DNA of 64,000 bases from positions 13,736-77,735 of the IMG/VR virus record IMGVR_UViG_3300032163_000009, one strand, 5' to 3'. How positions within the stretch are numbered: the stretch's first letter is position 1; each line of letters opens with the position of its first letter. This document shows, one piece after another, positions 11,501 to 20,590 of this stretch. The position numbers and the translations under genes were made by a program. The stretch comes from a virus. The notes beneath the pieces are model-generated. The model worked only from the letters and a program-made list of their open reading frames with translations. It did not search any database and was not told where the DNA came from.

Positions 11501-11771
11501 CTTCGGACGCTCTGGTATAAGTCTCCGTCGAAATGCGGCCCGCGTTCAGTTCTTCGCGCAGACCAATTTGAGATTGCTTGGTGACGTTGGCTAGACTGCT
11601 ATTCTTGGTGAGCGATAGCGCGAGGGTGTTGTGCGCAATAGCCGACCTCACCGCTGCGGCTTGATCTTGATCGAGACTGCGATTCAGTTCAGCTAATTCG
11701 CGCTTGGCGTCCGCCACGCCGGAGCCGGTTTTACTTGCGCGTAAAATGAGATTCAAAACTGAGTCAGACAC
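8523..11771 (-). CDS. Tail tape measure protein (TP901-like core)
   Basis: 1082 aa Ala-rich helical; AADFESAMNRI...ELANGLYFIASSG core; follows tail chaperones. Confidence 0.95.
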   Translation of the reverse strand: MSDSVLNLILRASKTGSGVADAKRELAELNRSLDQDQAAAVRSAIAHNTLALSLTKNSSLANVTKQSQIGLREELNAGRISTETYTRASEASLLQARLVSPSALQAATSLNRLNAEYTKTGDVQAYTSGLKQVQAELAASERGAQALQVALGLAKVAAMAFAVGLLESVKAAADFESAMNRIEALTDTSKAEIGGMTEAVVEMGVRTGKAPQELANGLYFIASSGYAGAKGLTILNAAAKASAAGLGQTKIVADALTSAMNAYQEPVERAGHYTDILIQIVKEGKGEPEAFAGALGRVLPIASALGVSFEQVGASMATMTRIGLSADEAATALRGVLNSLLNPSRQATETLHSLGLSTDEVRNSIRDKGLLTTLKDLMERTQGNIETLGDIVPNVRALTGVLATAGTQGEAYAQVLDSMNHAAGATDKAFTTVSDTFNFKLKKTEASFDAVKIALGDRLLPVLGDFFNTLTTGLGTLDLLFTWNNRLTSAFQGNAQQILKTSKSYDEYANGIVSTGVAAGQFNEITDATTKKQLELDGSLDKVTAGYSVVYRKIGDHIVILNDASKQTDLYTRAQYEAMQGAYGLGGALDETNRIAQQQARAIAGTVNEYDSMTVALKANAAAQQAQGAIFATAYDIAIAYTDQASKMATEQKKLADIEATIAAAGSAQIGIAQNKKFTTEGRALAEAKLAQALEDLTTTERKKGDTDADYAVKVADARNKVASLTAALGSHAAALGGATVKQLEQRQAILDTIEAMKAADVQAAGSKAYDIVQKQFADGAISAADFESRMSNINYTFGLFDQSQLTAAIHTAEFQKVLADPNSSGKDFQLALWGIRDATLGADGALSTVATVTLPHVNAGMQDVDASMNHTGQATAPVLATAIGEALGRVQTHIDNTTGLMGNLGLKIQETGETDSSGERGGRGGKGGGGPVAGLISIDSHATTTMGKVVLLTTKLSELPNIERTIHYAVHVDPTPNGGVDPTATPHQFGGVAEAYRPSLVGEGGPELIFPSQRGFVMTNSDSMRLIQAMEKLALGGGQSSSTQNSFGGDTIVINDRLALAQVYEQKRRRLIDYSNARMGG

Positions 11772-11772
11772 G

Positions 11773-12026
11773 TTATTGTCCTAAGCGCCGATAGTAGGCG
11801 GTCTTGATCAGCTGACGGGCTTGAGCAATGGCTGGATGGGTAGGCAGTTTAGGCGGCGGCTGGTAGTGTTTCAAAAGAAGATCGATAATCGAGATGAAGG
11901 TGTCATCCAGTTGATCGATCTCCCATGGCCCTAGCGTTGTGCCTAAGTAGGTATTTATTTTTCGGGCAAGCAAGATCGTTGCCAGCAGCGGGTCATCGGT
12001 TAGATCGCCGCCGATGACCCGATCGG
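11773..12026 (-). CDS. Tail assembly chaperone, frameshifted C-terminal (T) part
   Basis: -1 frame open from slippery site (TDRVIGGDLTDDPLLATILLARKINTY...) to stop just before TMP. Confidence 0.75.
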
Positions 12027-12033
12027 TTTTTTC
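11989..12033 (-). other. Programmed -1 frameshift signal (G AAA AAA plus 11-bp hairpin)
   Basis: Slippery run 12027-12033; stem CGGGTCATCGG/CCGATGACCCG 5 nt downstream. Confidence 0.75.
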
Positions 12034-12344
12034 AGCATGTCTGCCCGGTAGTCATCAACCAGCGCCCAGGCCCGGATCACGATCCAATCCCACAGTGCCG
12101 GATCGGTTTCGCTTATCTCTTGCAGCTCGTCGGCTGTCCAGTGCGTTTCAGGATCGTCGGCTTGCGATAGCCATTCCGCATACCAAGCCAGTGTCAGAAC
12201 CTCATCGGCCAGCAGGGCGGCGTTGTGCCGAGCCGCAAAGGCGCGCGGCATGTTGACCCAAATTTGCAGCACTGCCTCAGCCAGTTGCGGCGAGTAGTCA
12301 GCGAGTGATAGCGGCTTCAATATTTTGACAAGTTTTATTTTCAT
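12000..12344 (-). CDS. Tail assembly chaperone (G)
   Basis: Between major tail and TMP; ends at slippery site. Confidence 0.8.
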   Translation of the reverse strand: MKIKLVKILKPLSLADYSPQLAEAVLQIWVNMPRAFAARHNAALLADEVLTLAWYAEWLSQADDPETHWTADELQEISETDPALWDWIVIRAWALVDDYRADMLKKPIGSSAAI

Positions 12345-12347
12345 GGC

Positions 12348-13367
12348 TTAGACCGTGTTGGTGTTGGTCACGACCGTTACGGCCAGCGCGTTGGCAAGAT
12401 CGGTCGAGATCAAACCGTGAAAGAGAGCCTGATGTAGATTGTTGTTTTGCGATTCAGCATTCAGCGGCACCACTTTCTCCCACTGGCCCCAAATGTTGGT
12501 GGTCAGCGCGTGCGTGGAGTTGGTGTTGACAATGGCATCGCCCAACATTTTCAGTTGGATGGCGCGGAAAGTCTGCGCGTCACATTCATCGTAAATGACA
12601 CCGGCTGCGGCATTGCCTTCCAGCGTCAAGGTCAGCATGGCTTGCACAAAGCCTTCGCCGTAAGACGAGAAATACAGATTGGCGTCGCCAAAGAATTTCG
12701 GATGGTTGCCGTTCAGGATTTCCAGTTCAAAGCCGCGCAAGGTCGCCGTGACTTCGGTGTTGCCGGCTGCGGCCCACGTGCTGTCGTCATACAGTCGCGT
12801 TTTCTTGGCGCTCATGCTGGTCACGGCCGCTGCGACTAAGGACGCGGTAAAATTTTGCTTGGCAACTTGCCGCGCAAAATAATTGGCCTCGATCTTGATC
12901 GGACTTTCGCTGCCGTCTTGCGCAATCTCCCCTGAGATTTTGATGTCCTTGAACATGCAATATTCTCGGACATACGCCTGCATGTCGTCACCGGCTTCCA
13001 GCGTGAACGTGTTGGGATTGTTAGCCGCGTTCAACGTCGGCGAGAACGTCCACAGGTAATCTGTTTGATTGGCCGTCACCGGCGCGGCTGTGACGCCGCC
13101 TTTCAAACCGTGCTTGAAGAAAAACGGCAACACTTGAAAATAGGCGTGGGGAATGCCGATGCTGTCTTCCACGAACAATTCCGATTTCAAACTGCGCCCG
13201 GACTCGATGCGCACGCCGAGATTGTCAGCGGGATAAACAGGCTTCCAATCCATCGGGATCGGCTTCTGCTCCGCCCCAATTAAGATTTTAGTCGCAGGCA
13301 CAATTGTCCCGCGCGTTGCCTCAGGCCCATATTGATACTTAGAGAAAATTCTTTCACCCATGATCAT
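12348..13367 (-). CDS. Major tail (tube) protein
   Basis: Position, 339 aa, GPEATRGT N-terminus, AAGGAG RBS. Confidence 0.8.
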   Translation of the reverse strand: MIMGERIFSKYQYGPEATRGTIVPATKILIGAEQKPIPMDWKPVYPADNLGVRIESGRSLKSELFVEDSIGIPHAYFQVLPFFFKHGLKGGVTAAPVTANQTDYLWTFSPTLNAANNPNTFTLEAGDDMQAYVREYCMFKDIKISGEIAQDGSESPIKIEANYFARQVAKQNFTASLVAAAVTSMSAKKTRLYDDSTWAAAGNTEVTATLRGFELEILNGNHPKFFGDANLYFSSYGEGFVQAMLTLTLEGNAAAGVIYDECDAQTFRAIQLKMLGDAIVNTNSTHALTTNIWGQWEKVVPLNAESQNNNLHQALFHGLISTDLANALAVTVVTNTNTV

Positions 13368-13394
13368 TTACTCCTTCATTGAACAGGCTCAGCG

Positions 13395-13868
13395 TTAGGC
13401 GGCGACGGTTAACCCGACTGCGCCGCCGACGTCTTGCTTAACTTCCCACTGGACAACAATGCCCAAATGCGGTTCTTCGCTGCCATACTGCAATTTCACT
13501 GGACCGCGCACCGGAAAGGCAATGTCGCTGCGCGGCAGAAAATGCGAGACCTTGTTGTGTAAAGACATATTCGCCGCCATTGCATTTCTGATCCGCGCAA
13601 ACATCAGCATCAACTCTGGATAATGCGATCGGCTGGTGTCATCGTACAAATGCAATTCGGTAACGCCCGTCCAGAAATCAATCAGCGGCCCGCCAAAACT
13701 AAAGTTCGGCTTATAGCCTTCGGTGAACGTCAGGGCGCATGGAAAACTATTGATAGCGTCTGGAAATTCGGCCTTGTCGTAAACGTGAAAGGCTTTTATC
13801 TTCTTGCCACCTGGTCCCACTAGCGCAAAGACATCAGCCACAGCATCGATCCAATCTTCCACGGCCAT
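13395..13868 (-). CDS. Tail terminator/completion protein
   Basis: Size and synteny. Confidence 0.55.
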   Translation of the reverse strand: MAVEDWIDAVADVFALVGPGGKKIKAFHVYDKAEFPDAINSFPCALTFTEGYKPNFSFGGPLIDFWTGVTELHLYDDTSRSHYPELMLMFARIRNAMAANMSLHNKVSHFLPRSDIAFPVRGPVKLQYGSEEPHLGIVVQWEVKQDVGGAVGLTVAA

Positions 13869-14359
13869 TAGCTGCCCCCGATGGCAAGCAAGTCCGTCAG
13901 CCGATCGGCGGCTACTTTGAACAAGGTCAAAATGTTCGGGATGTTTTTTTCATAGGCGCGCTTTAGAAACCAGTGCCCCTTGATGCCTTTGCGCCCAATG
14001 CTGCGAGCCACTACAAAAGCCAGCCCCGGCCCTAACACGGCATCGCTCCACACGCGGATCGCTTCGATCGGTGGCATCCGTGCGCCAGGCCGCCGCCCGG
14101 CTTCCATGACCAGCGGATAAATAGGATTACTCATCGAGGAGTAGACCTCACCAGTGATATAAGTAACTTCGTTCATTACTCTCGAAGTCATGCTGCCAGC
14201 GAGTTCGCCGGTGAATCTAGGGGCAAGTGTTTGGGCATCAGCCGCGATCGAGGCCACGCTGGAGCGCATGGCGCTGTCGAGCTGCGTGTCCGACAATCGA
14301 TCGTAGTTGTCCAACCTCGAAAGTTGTTCCGGCAGTCCCAAGATTTCCACTTCGTACAT
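13868..14359 (-). CDS. HK97 gp10-like neck/tail completion protein
   Basis: APRFTGELAGS, YPLVMEAGRRPG, FLKRA motifs. Confidence 0.8.
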   Translation of the reverse strand: MYEVEILGLPEQLSRLDNYDRLSDTQLDSAMRSSVASIAADAQTLAPRFTGELAGSMTSRVMNEVTYITGEVYSSMSNPIYPLVMEAGRRPGARMPPIEAIRVWSDAVLGPGLAFVVARSIGRKGIKGHWFLKRAYEKNIPNILTLFKVAADRLTDLLAIGGS

Positions 14360-14360
14360 A

Positions 14361-15353
14361 TTAGAGGCTCACGATTCGATAGTTCTTCATAATTCTTTCA
14401 AGCGGGTCTTTCGGAAATTCCTGATTGTAAAAGACTTCGCCTGTTTCGGGATTGCCGGTTTTGCCTGCAAAGCCGGTCTGCGACTTTTTGATCATCAGGG
14501 CGGCAATTTGTTCGGTCAAGTATCGGATGTCGTAAGGCGGCAGCACTCGCAACACATCAGCCGTGTTGTGAGCAGCGGCGCTCGTTCCGTTCACTGCGCG
14601 AGTGACATTGAACAGGCGGTAGGCTTCGAGTGCGGTGTTGGCACTGTGCTCCTGCCGCTGCGTGCCATTCCAACCGCGCAGCGCTGAACAACTATTCCCG
14701 TTGAGACTTTGCACGCGCAGCTGCTCGTGTTCCAGCCGGATGATTTCATTTACCTGAATGAGCGAGCCGTCAGAGATATTGAAGTCATTTTGAGAATCCG
14801 AAATAGTCTCAGTCAAGCGCAGCGTGCCAACGGTCAGGGGGGCCGCATAGGCTTCGACAACTTCCTGCTCGTCATCCAGCAGCAAGACCACGCCCGGACT
14901 GATTTGCGCGGCAGTGCTGACTTCAACGGTCGAGACGGTTGCATTCTGCACTACCGTCGTGCCGAGATCGATCGCGTCATCGTAAAGCGACCAGCGACCC
15001 GTGATCACGACCGTCGCCCGATTGCTTGACCACGAACTCAAATCTCGGAGTTCAAGCGAATTGTAGGGGCCGAGTGTCCAGTGGCGATTGAACGGCATCA
15101 AGAAGTAATCATCAGTCGAGAGCGTCCGACCATCGACTTCAAGGCTGATCAACTCCACCAGACTATCGATCCAAAGCGTGCGCTGCCCGTAGCCGTCAAA
15201 CGTGCGCGACTCTGTTTCCGCAATAAAGCGGCCTCGCCGGTCGATGACTTGCGAGGCCGCGCGAATGAAGCGCAAAGGCTTGTCTACAAAGCGCGTGCCG
15301 TCAATCTCCAAATCATCGAAGATGTCGAGCAGTGAGCAGTAAGGTCGATTCAC
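14361..15353 (-). CDS. Head-tail adaptor (gp6/gp15-like) with inserted beta domain
   Basis: YCSL..IRAASQVID N-terminus and LPPYDIR..QIAA C-terminus around about 150 extra aa. Confidence 0.7.
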   Translation of the reverse strand: MNRPYCSLLDIFDDLEIDGTRFVDKPLRFIRAASQVIDRRGRFIAETESRTFDGYGQRTLWIDSLVELISLEVDGRTLSTDDYFLMPFNRHWTLGPYNSLELRDLSSWSSNRATVVITGRWSLYDDAIDLGTTVVQNATVSTVEVSTAAQISPGVVLLLDDEQEVVEAYAAPLTVGTLRLTETISDSQNDFNISDGSLIQVNEIIRLEHEQLRVQSLNGNSCSALRGWNGTQRQEHSANTALEAYRLFNVTRAVNGTSAAAHNTADVLRVLPPYDIRYLTEQIAALMIKKSQTGFAGKTGNPETGEVFYNQEFPKDPLERIMKNYRIVSL

Positions 15354-15355
15354 GC

Positions 15356-15796
15356 TCAGGCGTCCTTCAATTCTTCGTCTTCGGCTGCATCTTTAGCCGC
15401 TTGGCGATCGGCCTTATCTTGCGCCTTCTTTTCCTTCGTGGTCAAGATGGCGGTCGTCAACGGCGCAGCGTCGAATGCAGCGGTGAGGGGCTGATGAGTC
15501 AACACTCGCTCGTTCGCGGCCAGCGCCTCGGCTTCCGCTGCGGCTTTATCCAACCGCGCCTGCTTCGCTTCGGCAACGGCTTGCGCGTCAAGCTCGGCCT
15601 TGTCTTTCGCAGCCTGCGCGTCGATCGCCTGCTTGGCTAACGCAACTTTATCCGACACCTTTACCTCATCGAAGGTGTCGGGCGCGTCGGTCTGCAAGAA
15701 AGCCGCGATGGAATCTTCGACTTCAATCACTCCGGCTTCAAAGTGCAGGTTGCGAGGCGGGTTGTCGTACTGGCTCAGACAAATCAATTTCTTCAT
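15356..15796 (-). CDS. Hypothetical Ala/Lys-rich head-associated protein
   Basis: ORF with GGAGA RBS in head operon. Confidence 0.65.
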   Translation of the reverse strand: MKKLICLSQYDNPPRNLHFEAGVIEVEDSIAAFLQTDAPDTFDEVKVSDKVALAKQAIDAQAAKDKAELDAQAVAEAKQARLDKAAAEAEALAANERVLTHQPLTAAFDAAPLTTAILTTKEKKAQDKADRQAAKDAAEDEELKDA

Positions 15797-16580
15797 GGGA
15801 ATCTCCTGTAGTGTCGTGATCTAAGGGTTTACCGGCCAGATCGTGGGACCACTCGCCCCACGCGCCGGTGTTTGGAAAATTCGCGCGCCCAACATGGGCG
15901 GCCATTACCTTTTGAGTCGCACAGACTCGCGCACCGGCTGCCGCTGCCAGTCGTGAGAAGTGCCAGTCTTCCGGCTCGACGTCCGCGTACCACAGGCCGT
16001 CGTCTCGTTTGAAAATCGCGTCGTTTATTTCAAACCAGCAGCGCTCAATCCACGGCTTGCGAACATCAATGAGCAGCAAGCCCGTATTCACTAGCAGCGT
16101 GGGCGACGTGGATTGATCTTCGAACACGCGCTGAAGGTCGAGGGCATCAAACGTCGGTGGCAGGCTGGCGGCTTCTTTGAGAGTCAAGCGCTGTCGCCGG
16201 AACTCACGGCGACCAACGGGATCGGCTTCCCCCGTTACATCCGGCAGCAAGGCGGTTGAAGTCAAGCCCTTGCCGTCTTTGATTGCCAGCACTGTGCCCA
16301 ACACATCGGCCTGACTGCGTACCATCTCCTCCCACAAAACCGCTAAGAAGCCCGGCTGTGGAATCACGTCGGCATGCCAAATGAGCAGGTGCGTGATCTC
16401 CGGCCGATTGTTCAGCGCGATACAGAGCAAGGCATTGTGGGCATAGGCCAACAGTGAAGCCGTCTTGAAGGCGACGGTGTAAGGCGGGCAGTGGGGTTGT
16501 CGGCTTTCACTGAGCAACAAGCCGCACGCCGCCGCCTTCACCGTGTCATCGTAAGTCGGGACGCCGATTAAGATGGTCAT
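15738..16580 (-). CDS. GT-A (GT2-like) glycosyltransferase within head genes
   Basis: ILIGVPTY, LLIWHADV, TGLLLID, EDWHFS, HVG motifs. Confidence 0.75.
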   Translation of the reverse strand: MTILIGVPTYDDTVKAAACGLLLSESRQPHCPPYTVAFKTASLLAYAHNALLCIALNNRPEITHLLIWHADVIPQPGFLAVLWEEMVRSQADVLGTVLAIKDGKGLTSTALLPDVTGEADPVGRREFRRQRLTLKEAASLPPTFDALDLQRVFEDQSTSPTLLVNTGLLLIDVRKPWIERCWFEINDAIFKRDDGLWYADVEPEDWHFSRLAAAAGARVCATQKVMAAHVGRANFPNTGAWGEWSHDLAGKPLDHDTTGDSHEEIDLSEPVRQPASQPAL

Positions 16581-16990
16581 GCTGGCAGCAAAATTCCAAC
16601 CAGAATCACGTCCATGTCGATCGTGTTGGCGGCAAAGTTCGCATCAGCTACGATGTCCACGCCCACGATCTTGCCCGCCGCGATTGAGCCGACATTCGGG
16701 CGTTGCGTGGTGCTCCCGACTTGCGTGCCAGCGGCAATCGCTACGGTTGGGCCAACGGTCACGGCCACGGCATTGGCCGTTACCTTGAACGTCGCATTGC
16801 CCGCGCCGGGATTGGCGTTCGCTTCGCCGTGGAGCAGCATCGGGTGAAAATTATAGCCGGATGGCACCTTTAAGCCTGCGCCACCGTTGGGCATGATCAA
16901 GTGAGTGTCTGCATTGGCCGCCACATTTTGAGCGCCGAAATGCAAAGTGATCGGCAACCCGAAATCGTAAGTCAAATCATCTGCTGACAT
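16577..16990 (-). CDS. Putative capsid decoration protein
   Basis: 137 aa beta-rich, right after capsid, AGGAG RBS. Confidence 0.55.
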   Translation of the reverse strand: MSADDLTYDFGLPITLHFGAQNVAANADTHLIMPNGGAGLKVPSGYNFHPMLLHGEANANPGAGNATFKVTANAVAVTVGPTVAIAAGTQVGSTTQRPNVGSIAAGKIVGVDIVADANFAANTIDMDVILVGILLPA

Positions 16991-17051
16991 GATAGTTCTC
17001 CTATAGGTGTGTGAGTGTTCGACAGTGCTGACTCAAGCGTTCAAAATTCTC

Positions 17052-18416
17052 TTAGGAGCGCTTGATATAATGGATGCCGCTGGTGTGAGTGGCGGTGCTG
17101 CGCACGCCACGGCAAGCTACGGCAATGCGGAACGAAGCCACCATCACGAACTGACGCTTCTGAATCAAGCGATCCATTTCGATGAGCAACTGGCGGCGGA
17201 AGCCGACGCGCCAATCGTTGCGATGATAGATGGCGATCGTGCCATACACATCATTGGTCGCAGGTGACGTGGTGGTGTATTTGCCGTCCGTGTCCGTTTC
17301 GGCCATCGCGCCGGTCACAATCAACGGGATGTTGGCATACTTCGCCAGCTCGCCGCTGAGGATCGTGGCGTTGGGACCGAACTTGTCCATGGTGGCGACA
17401 TTGGGCAGCCCCAACATGCCGATATAGGTTTTGGCATCCATTGCCATTGCCAGTTGTCCGACGTTCGCGCCGTAGCGCCCCATGCGCCCTAAACCCGCCA
17501 GCGTCAAGCTGTCGGTCAAGGTGGTGTTCAACGCCACGCCTTGCGCGGTGTTGTCCACGAGGAACAAGTGACGGATGCCGTCCTGCCCGTTGGACAGATA
17601 GTAGGAATCGTCGGGCGGATTCGCGTCGTCACTGTTGATGTTGCCGGTGTTGGCGTCCGTCGAATCGGCGTTCAAGATGAAGCGATCGATCTGTTCCGCG
17701 CCGTCTGCCACCAGTGAGGCGCGCAGTGACGGCAGGACAGCGATGATCGAATCTTCATCGAGATCGTAACTCCAATCGACTTCGTACACCTGCTCAGTGC
17801 TGGTCAGCGTCGCCTTGGCGGTCGTCGCATTCTGCGGTGTGATCGCCGTGTTCTGCGTGCCTTTGCGCCACGCGCCAGTGACCCAGCCTAACGGGATGTC
17901 GAACGGGTCGGTCGGCATGGGAATGACAGAGATCGTGCTGGCAACCTTCGCGGCCAAGAACATATCCTGCCACAGTTCAGCCGCCATGCCCGTTGGCACA
18001 AACTCATCGCCGCTGCCAGGCGTAACGGTGTCCAGCGCCTTGTCCACAACGGCCTTTAAGTCTTTTGACGGCGGCTTCACGCTGTCGCGTCGAACTTGAC
18101 CGGCGCGTTCCAACAGCCAGTGCGTGAAGATCAAGTCATCGACCTTCTGGCCGTCGAACTTGCCGCCTTGCACCAACCCCTTGCTGCGGGCTTGTGCGCC
18201 GGGCAGCCCGACTAGCTCGCCGCGCCGAATCGGGCGGTTGGCTTGCTGCTCGCTCAGTCGTTTTTGAACTTGGGCATCGACTAAGCCGGTTAAATGATCG
18301 GCCAGTCGATCGATGTCCAAGGTAGCCTTGTCGGTTTGATGATCTTTCACCGTCGCCGTTAAGGCGGCTACTTCCGTTTTGATTTCTTCCAACGTGGTGG
18401 GATTTTGAGCACTCAT
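17052..18416 (-). CDS. Major capsid protein, HK97 fold
   Basis: N-terminal coiled delta-like region; GSGDEFVP, SYDLDEDS motifs; synteny. Confidence 0.93.
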   Translation of the reverse strand: MSAQNPTTLEEIKTEVAALTATVKDHQTDKATLDIDRLADHLTGLVDAQVQKRLSEQQANRPIRRGELVGLPGAQARSKGLVQGGKFDGQKVDDLIFTHWLLERAGQVRRDSVKPPSKDLKAVVDKALDTVTPGSGDEFVPTGMAAELWQDMFLAAKVASTISVIPMPTDPFDIPLGWVTGAWRKGTQNTAITPQNATTAKATLTSTEQVYEVDWSYDLDEDSIIAVLPSLRASLVADGAEQIDRFILNADSTDANTGNINSDDANPPDDSYYLSNGQDGIRHLFLVDNTAQGVALNTTLTDSLTLAGLGRMGRYGANVGQLAMAMDAKTYIGMLGLPNVATMDKFGPNATILSGELAKYANIPLIVTGAMAETDTDGKYTTTSPATNDVYGTIAIYHRNDWRVGFRRQLLIEMDRLIQKRQFVMVASFRIAVACRGVRSTATHTSGIHYIKRS

Positions 18417-19906
18417 TTTGCGTATGCCTCCATGACAATTTGCCTAAGTTCGATAAGTAAAGCGCTCAGCTCTTTAACATCTGGCTGCTCGCCTTCGTTC
18501 ACAGGTTTTGAGAAAAGCGTCTCCGCTGCGGGTGACAGCGCGACCGTCAATGGCTCACCCGCTTCATGCGTCAACACGGTAGACACCGCATCGGTTACGG
18601 TTTCGGCCTCGACTTGCTTGAGAACTTCACCGACTTTATCAGCAGCGCTCTGCGCGTCCTGCTGCGCTGACTTCAATTTGCTTTCGTTGGTGGCGCTGAG
18701 CACGCGCCCGCGTTTGGTCTGCAAGGTGTCCGGCGCAGCGGCCAGTTCGATCGGATCGCCTGCGCCTCGATCAACGGTTGCTTGGGGCGAGGCGTCGGCT
18801 GACAAGTGCGCAGCTTGACGGTGCTGCAAGGCTTTCAGCATCTTCACCGCACTGGCTAACGACTTGCGCGTAACGATGTCGATCGGCAGGCCGGTCGCAT
18901 GGACTTGCCAGCCTTTGACGATCTCGACAGGCGGCAAGGTGGCAAGCACCTCGCTCAACTCGATCGACTTCCAATAGTCGGCAGCCAGCAAATCATTATC
19001 GGAACAATCGCGGCGCTCGATTGCATACACTGCATCGCCATCAGCCAAGAGCAGCGGCGGTGTGAACATGACTGTTTTGAAAGTGACTGTTTGACCGGCT
19101 TCGGGGTGGGGGACTTCGCGGCATTCGCCTAAAGTGAAATCCATTTGCAACAGCGTTGCGTCAGCCGGTACGCTGATGGCGTTCTGCATGAAGCACGCAA
19201 ACAATTCTTGGTGTTGATCGGTTTCAACCGTGAAGCGGCGCAGCCAAGCCCGCGCGATCGGCTCAGGCGCAGCCGGTTCGTCGGTTGGCGACACGCTGGC
19301 CGCGGGCATCTCGCTTGAACCTGTTTCGGAGGTAGCGAGCAAGGCGTCTTTGTTCGAGGCGACGATCACGATCGGCAAGGCCGCCGGAGCGACTAAGCCG
19401 CCGAGCGCGTAGTGTGGAATCTCTAGGCTTTTAACGGCCAAGCGCAAGGCTTCCGCATTGGATGGAATCGGCACCAACGACCACTCCAGCAATTCCCATT
19501 CGGTGTAATCGTGTCCGCCAATATTGTTGGGCTTGCCTGCCAGCGGAATGAAACCGATCGAGGAAGTTTTGATCCATTCGCCGTCCCACAAAAGCCGGAC
19601 GATGTTTTGAGGATCGGCTTCATTGGCGGCGGGTCGCAATTCAAAGTCAGCGACCAAGCCATCGGCGGCGCGAATGAGGGTCAATGTGCGGCCGATCGTG
19701 GCGAATGGGTCTTTGTAGTTGTGACCCCATTGCACGACCGGATTCTTGAGGTAATTGTCGAACCGCCCGCCCGCGGGAAAGACGTGATCGCTATCGCGGT
19801 CAGCCGCAGCGGTATTGATCACGATGCGTCCGCCGTCTTTGCGTTTGTCTAAAATCTTGATCTCGAACGTCTTGTGGGTCAGGGCAGGATCAAATTGGAT
19901 CGGCAT
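18413..19906 (-). CDS. Prohead protease (HK97 family) with long C-terminal extension
   Basis: NPVVQWGH, SSIGF, ELLEWSLVPIPSN; KRGRVLSATNE tail; start moved to MPIQF. Confidence 0.9.
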   Translation of the reverse strand: MPIQFDPALTHKTFEIKILDKRKDGGRIVINTAAADRDSDHVFPAGGRFDNYLKNPVVQWGHNYKDPFATIGRTLTLIRAADGLVADFELRPAANEADPQNIVRLLWDGEWIKTSSIGFIPLAGKPNNIGGHDYTEWELLEWSLVPIPSNAEALRLAVKSLEIPHYALGGLVAPAALPIVIVASNKDALLATSETGSSEMPAASVSPTDEPAAPEPIARAWLRRFTVETDQHQELFACFMQNAISVPADATLLQMDFTLGECREVPHPEAGQTVTFKTVMFTPPLLLADGDAVYAIERRDCSDNDLLAADYWKSIELSEVLATLPPVEIVKGWQVHATGLPIDIVTRKSLASAVKMLKALQHRQAAHLSADASPQATVDRGAGDPIELAAAPDTLQTKRGRVLSATNESKLKSAQQDAQSAADKVGEVLKQVEAETVTDAVSTVLTHEAGEPLTVALSPAAETLFSKPVNEGEQPDVKELSALLIELRQIVMEAYAK

Positions 19907-19922
19907 AATGGCCTCATCGGGC

Positions 19923-19961
19923 AAACAAAAAGCGCCCGCTCGACATGATCGAGGGGGCGCT
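19923..19961 (-). terminator. Intrinsic terminator-like hairpin in leader of protease/capsid genes
   Basis: AGCGCCC...GGGCGCT stem followed by TTTTGTTT. Confidence 0.65.
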
Positions 19962-19987
19962 GCGTAATATGTCAGCCTTAACATGGA

Positions 19988-20362
19988 TTATTTTACATCG
20001 GTTGACGGTCGATTGTCAATAGGCAATTTCTTTTCCTTGTCGGGGGCCTTGTGCAGCTCAACGAATTCAACCTCAATCGTCAAGCCAGCCGCCAAGGCAA
20101 TAGTCGGGACGTGCGGCTCGTGACTGTCGTCCGCAGACTGTCCAGCCGCAACGATCGACCCGCCCATCACTTCGCTCAAAAGGGTCAACAAGGCCTTGTG
20201 CGAGACGTGGGCCTTGTCGGTGGCTGACTCCGGCAACGGTCGGGCTTGCACCTTGAGCACCGGCGCTAGTTCGTCTTGATCTTCAACAACTTTTAAGGCA
20301 TAGCCTGCCTCGTGGGCGGCCGATTTCAATTCAGTCCAGCGGGTAGCGAATGGATATTGCAT
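19988..20362 (-). CDS. Hypothetical protein
   Basis: ORF with GAGGAG RBS. Confidence 0.7.
   Translation of the reverse strand: MQYPFATRWTELKSAAHEAGYALKVVEDQDELAPVLKVQARPLPESATDKAHVSHKALLTLLSEVMGGSIVAAGQSADDSHEPHVPTIALAAGLTIEVEFVELHKAPDKEKKLPIDNRPSTDVK
19990..20019 (-). promoter_or_regulatory. Promoter TTGACA-N18-TAAAAT inside 3' end of upstream ORF
   Basis: Direct motif match. Confidence 0.65.
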
Positions 20363-20377
20363 GATGAACTCTCCTCG

Positions 20378-20590
20378 TCAAGTATTGGGTAACCACTTCA
20401 AGCGTACATCTTCACTGACCGTGAAGTTATTGCCGTTGAAATAAACGACGATCGCGCCAGGCTGCTGCCGTCGTTCCATCGAACGCATCAGCTCCACCAC
20501 GCTCATTTCGTCTGTGCCTAAAGCCGAGGCCGTCGAACTGGCCGCGCTTTTACCGCGCCGTAGTGAGGGGCTGTCAGTTGATAGTGTCAT
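20378..20590 (-). CDS. Small hypothetical protein
   Basis: ATGA overlap with portal stop. Confidence 0.55.
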   Translation of the reverse strand: MTLSTDSPSLRRGKSAASSTASALGTDEMSVVELMRSMERRQQPGAIVVYFNGNNFTVSEDVRLKWLPNT

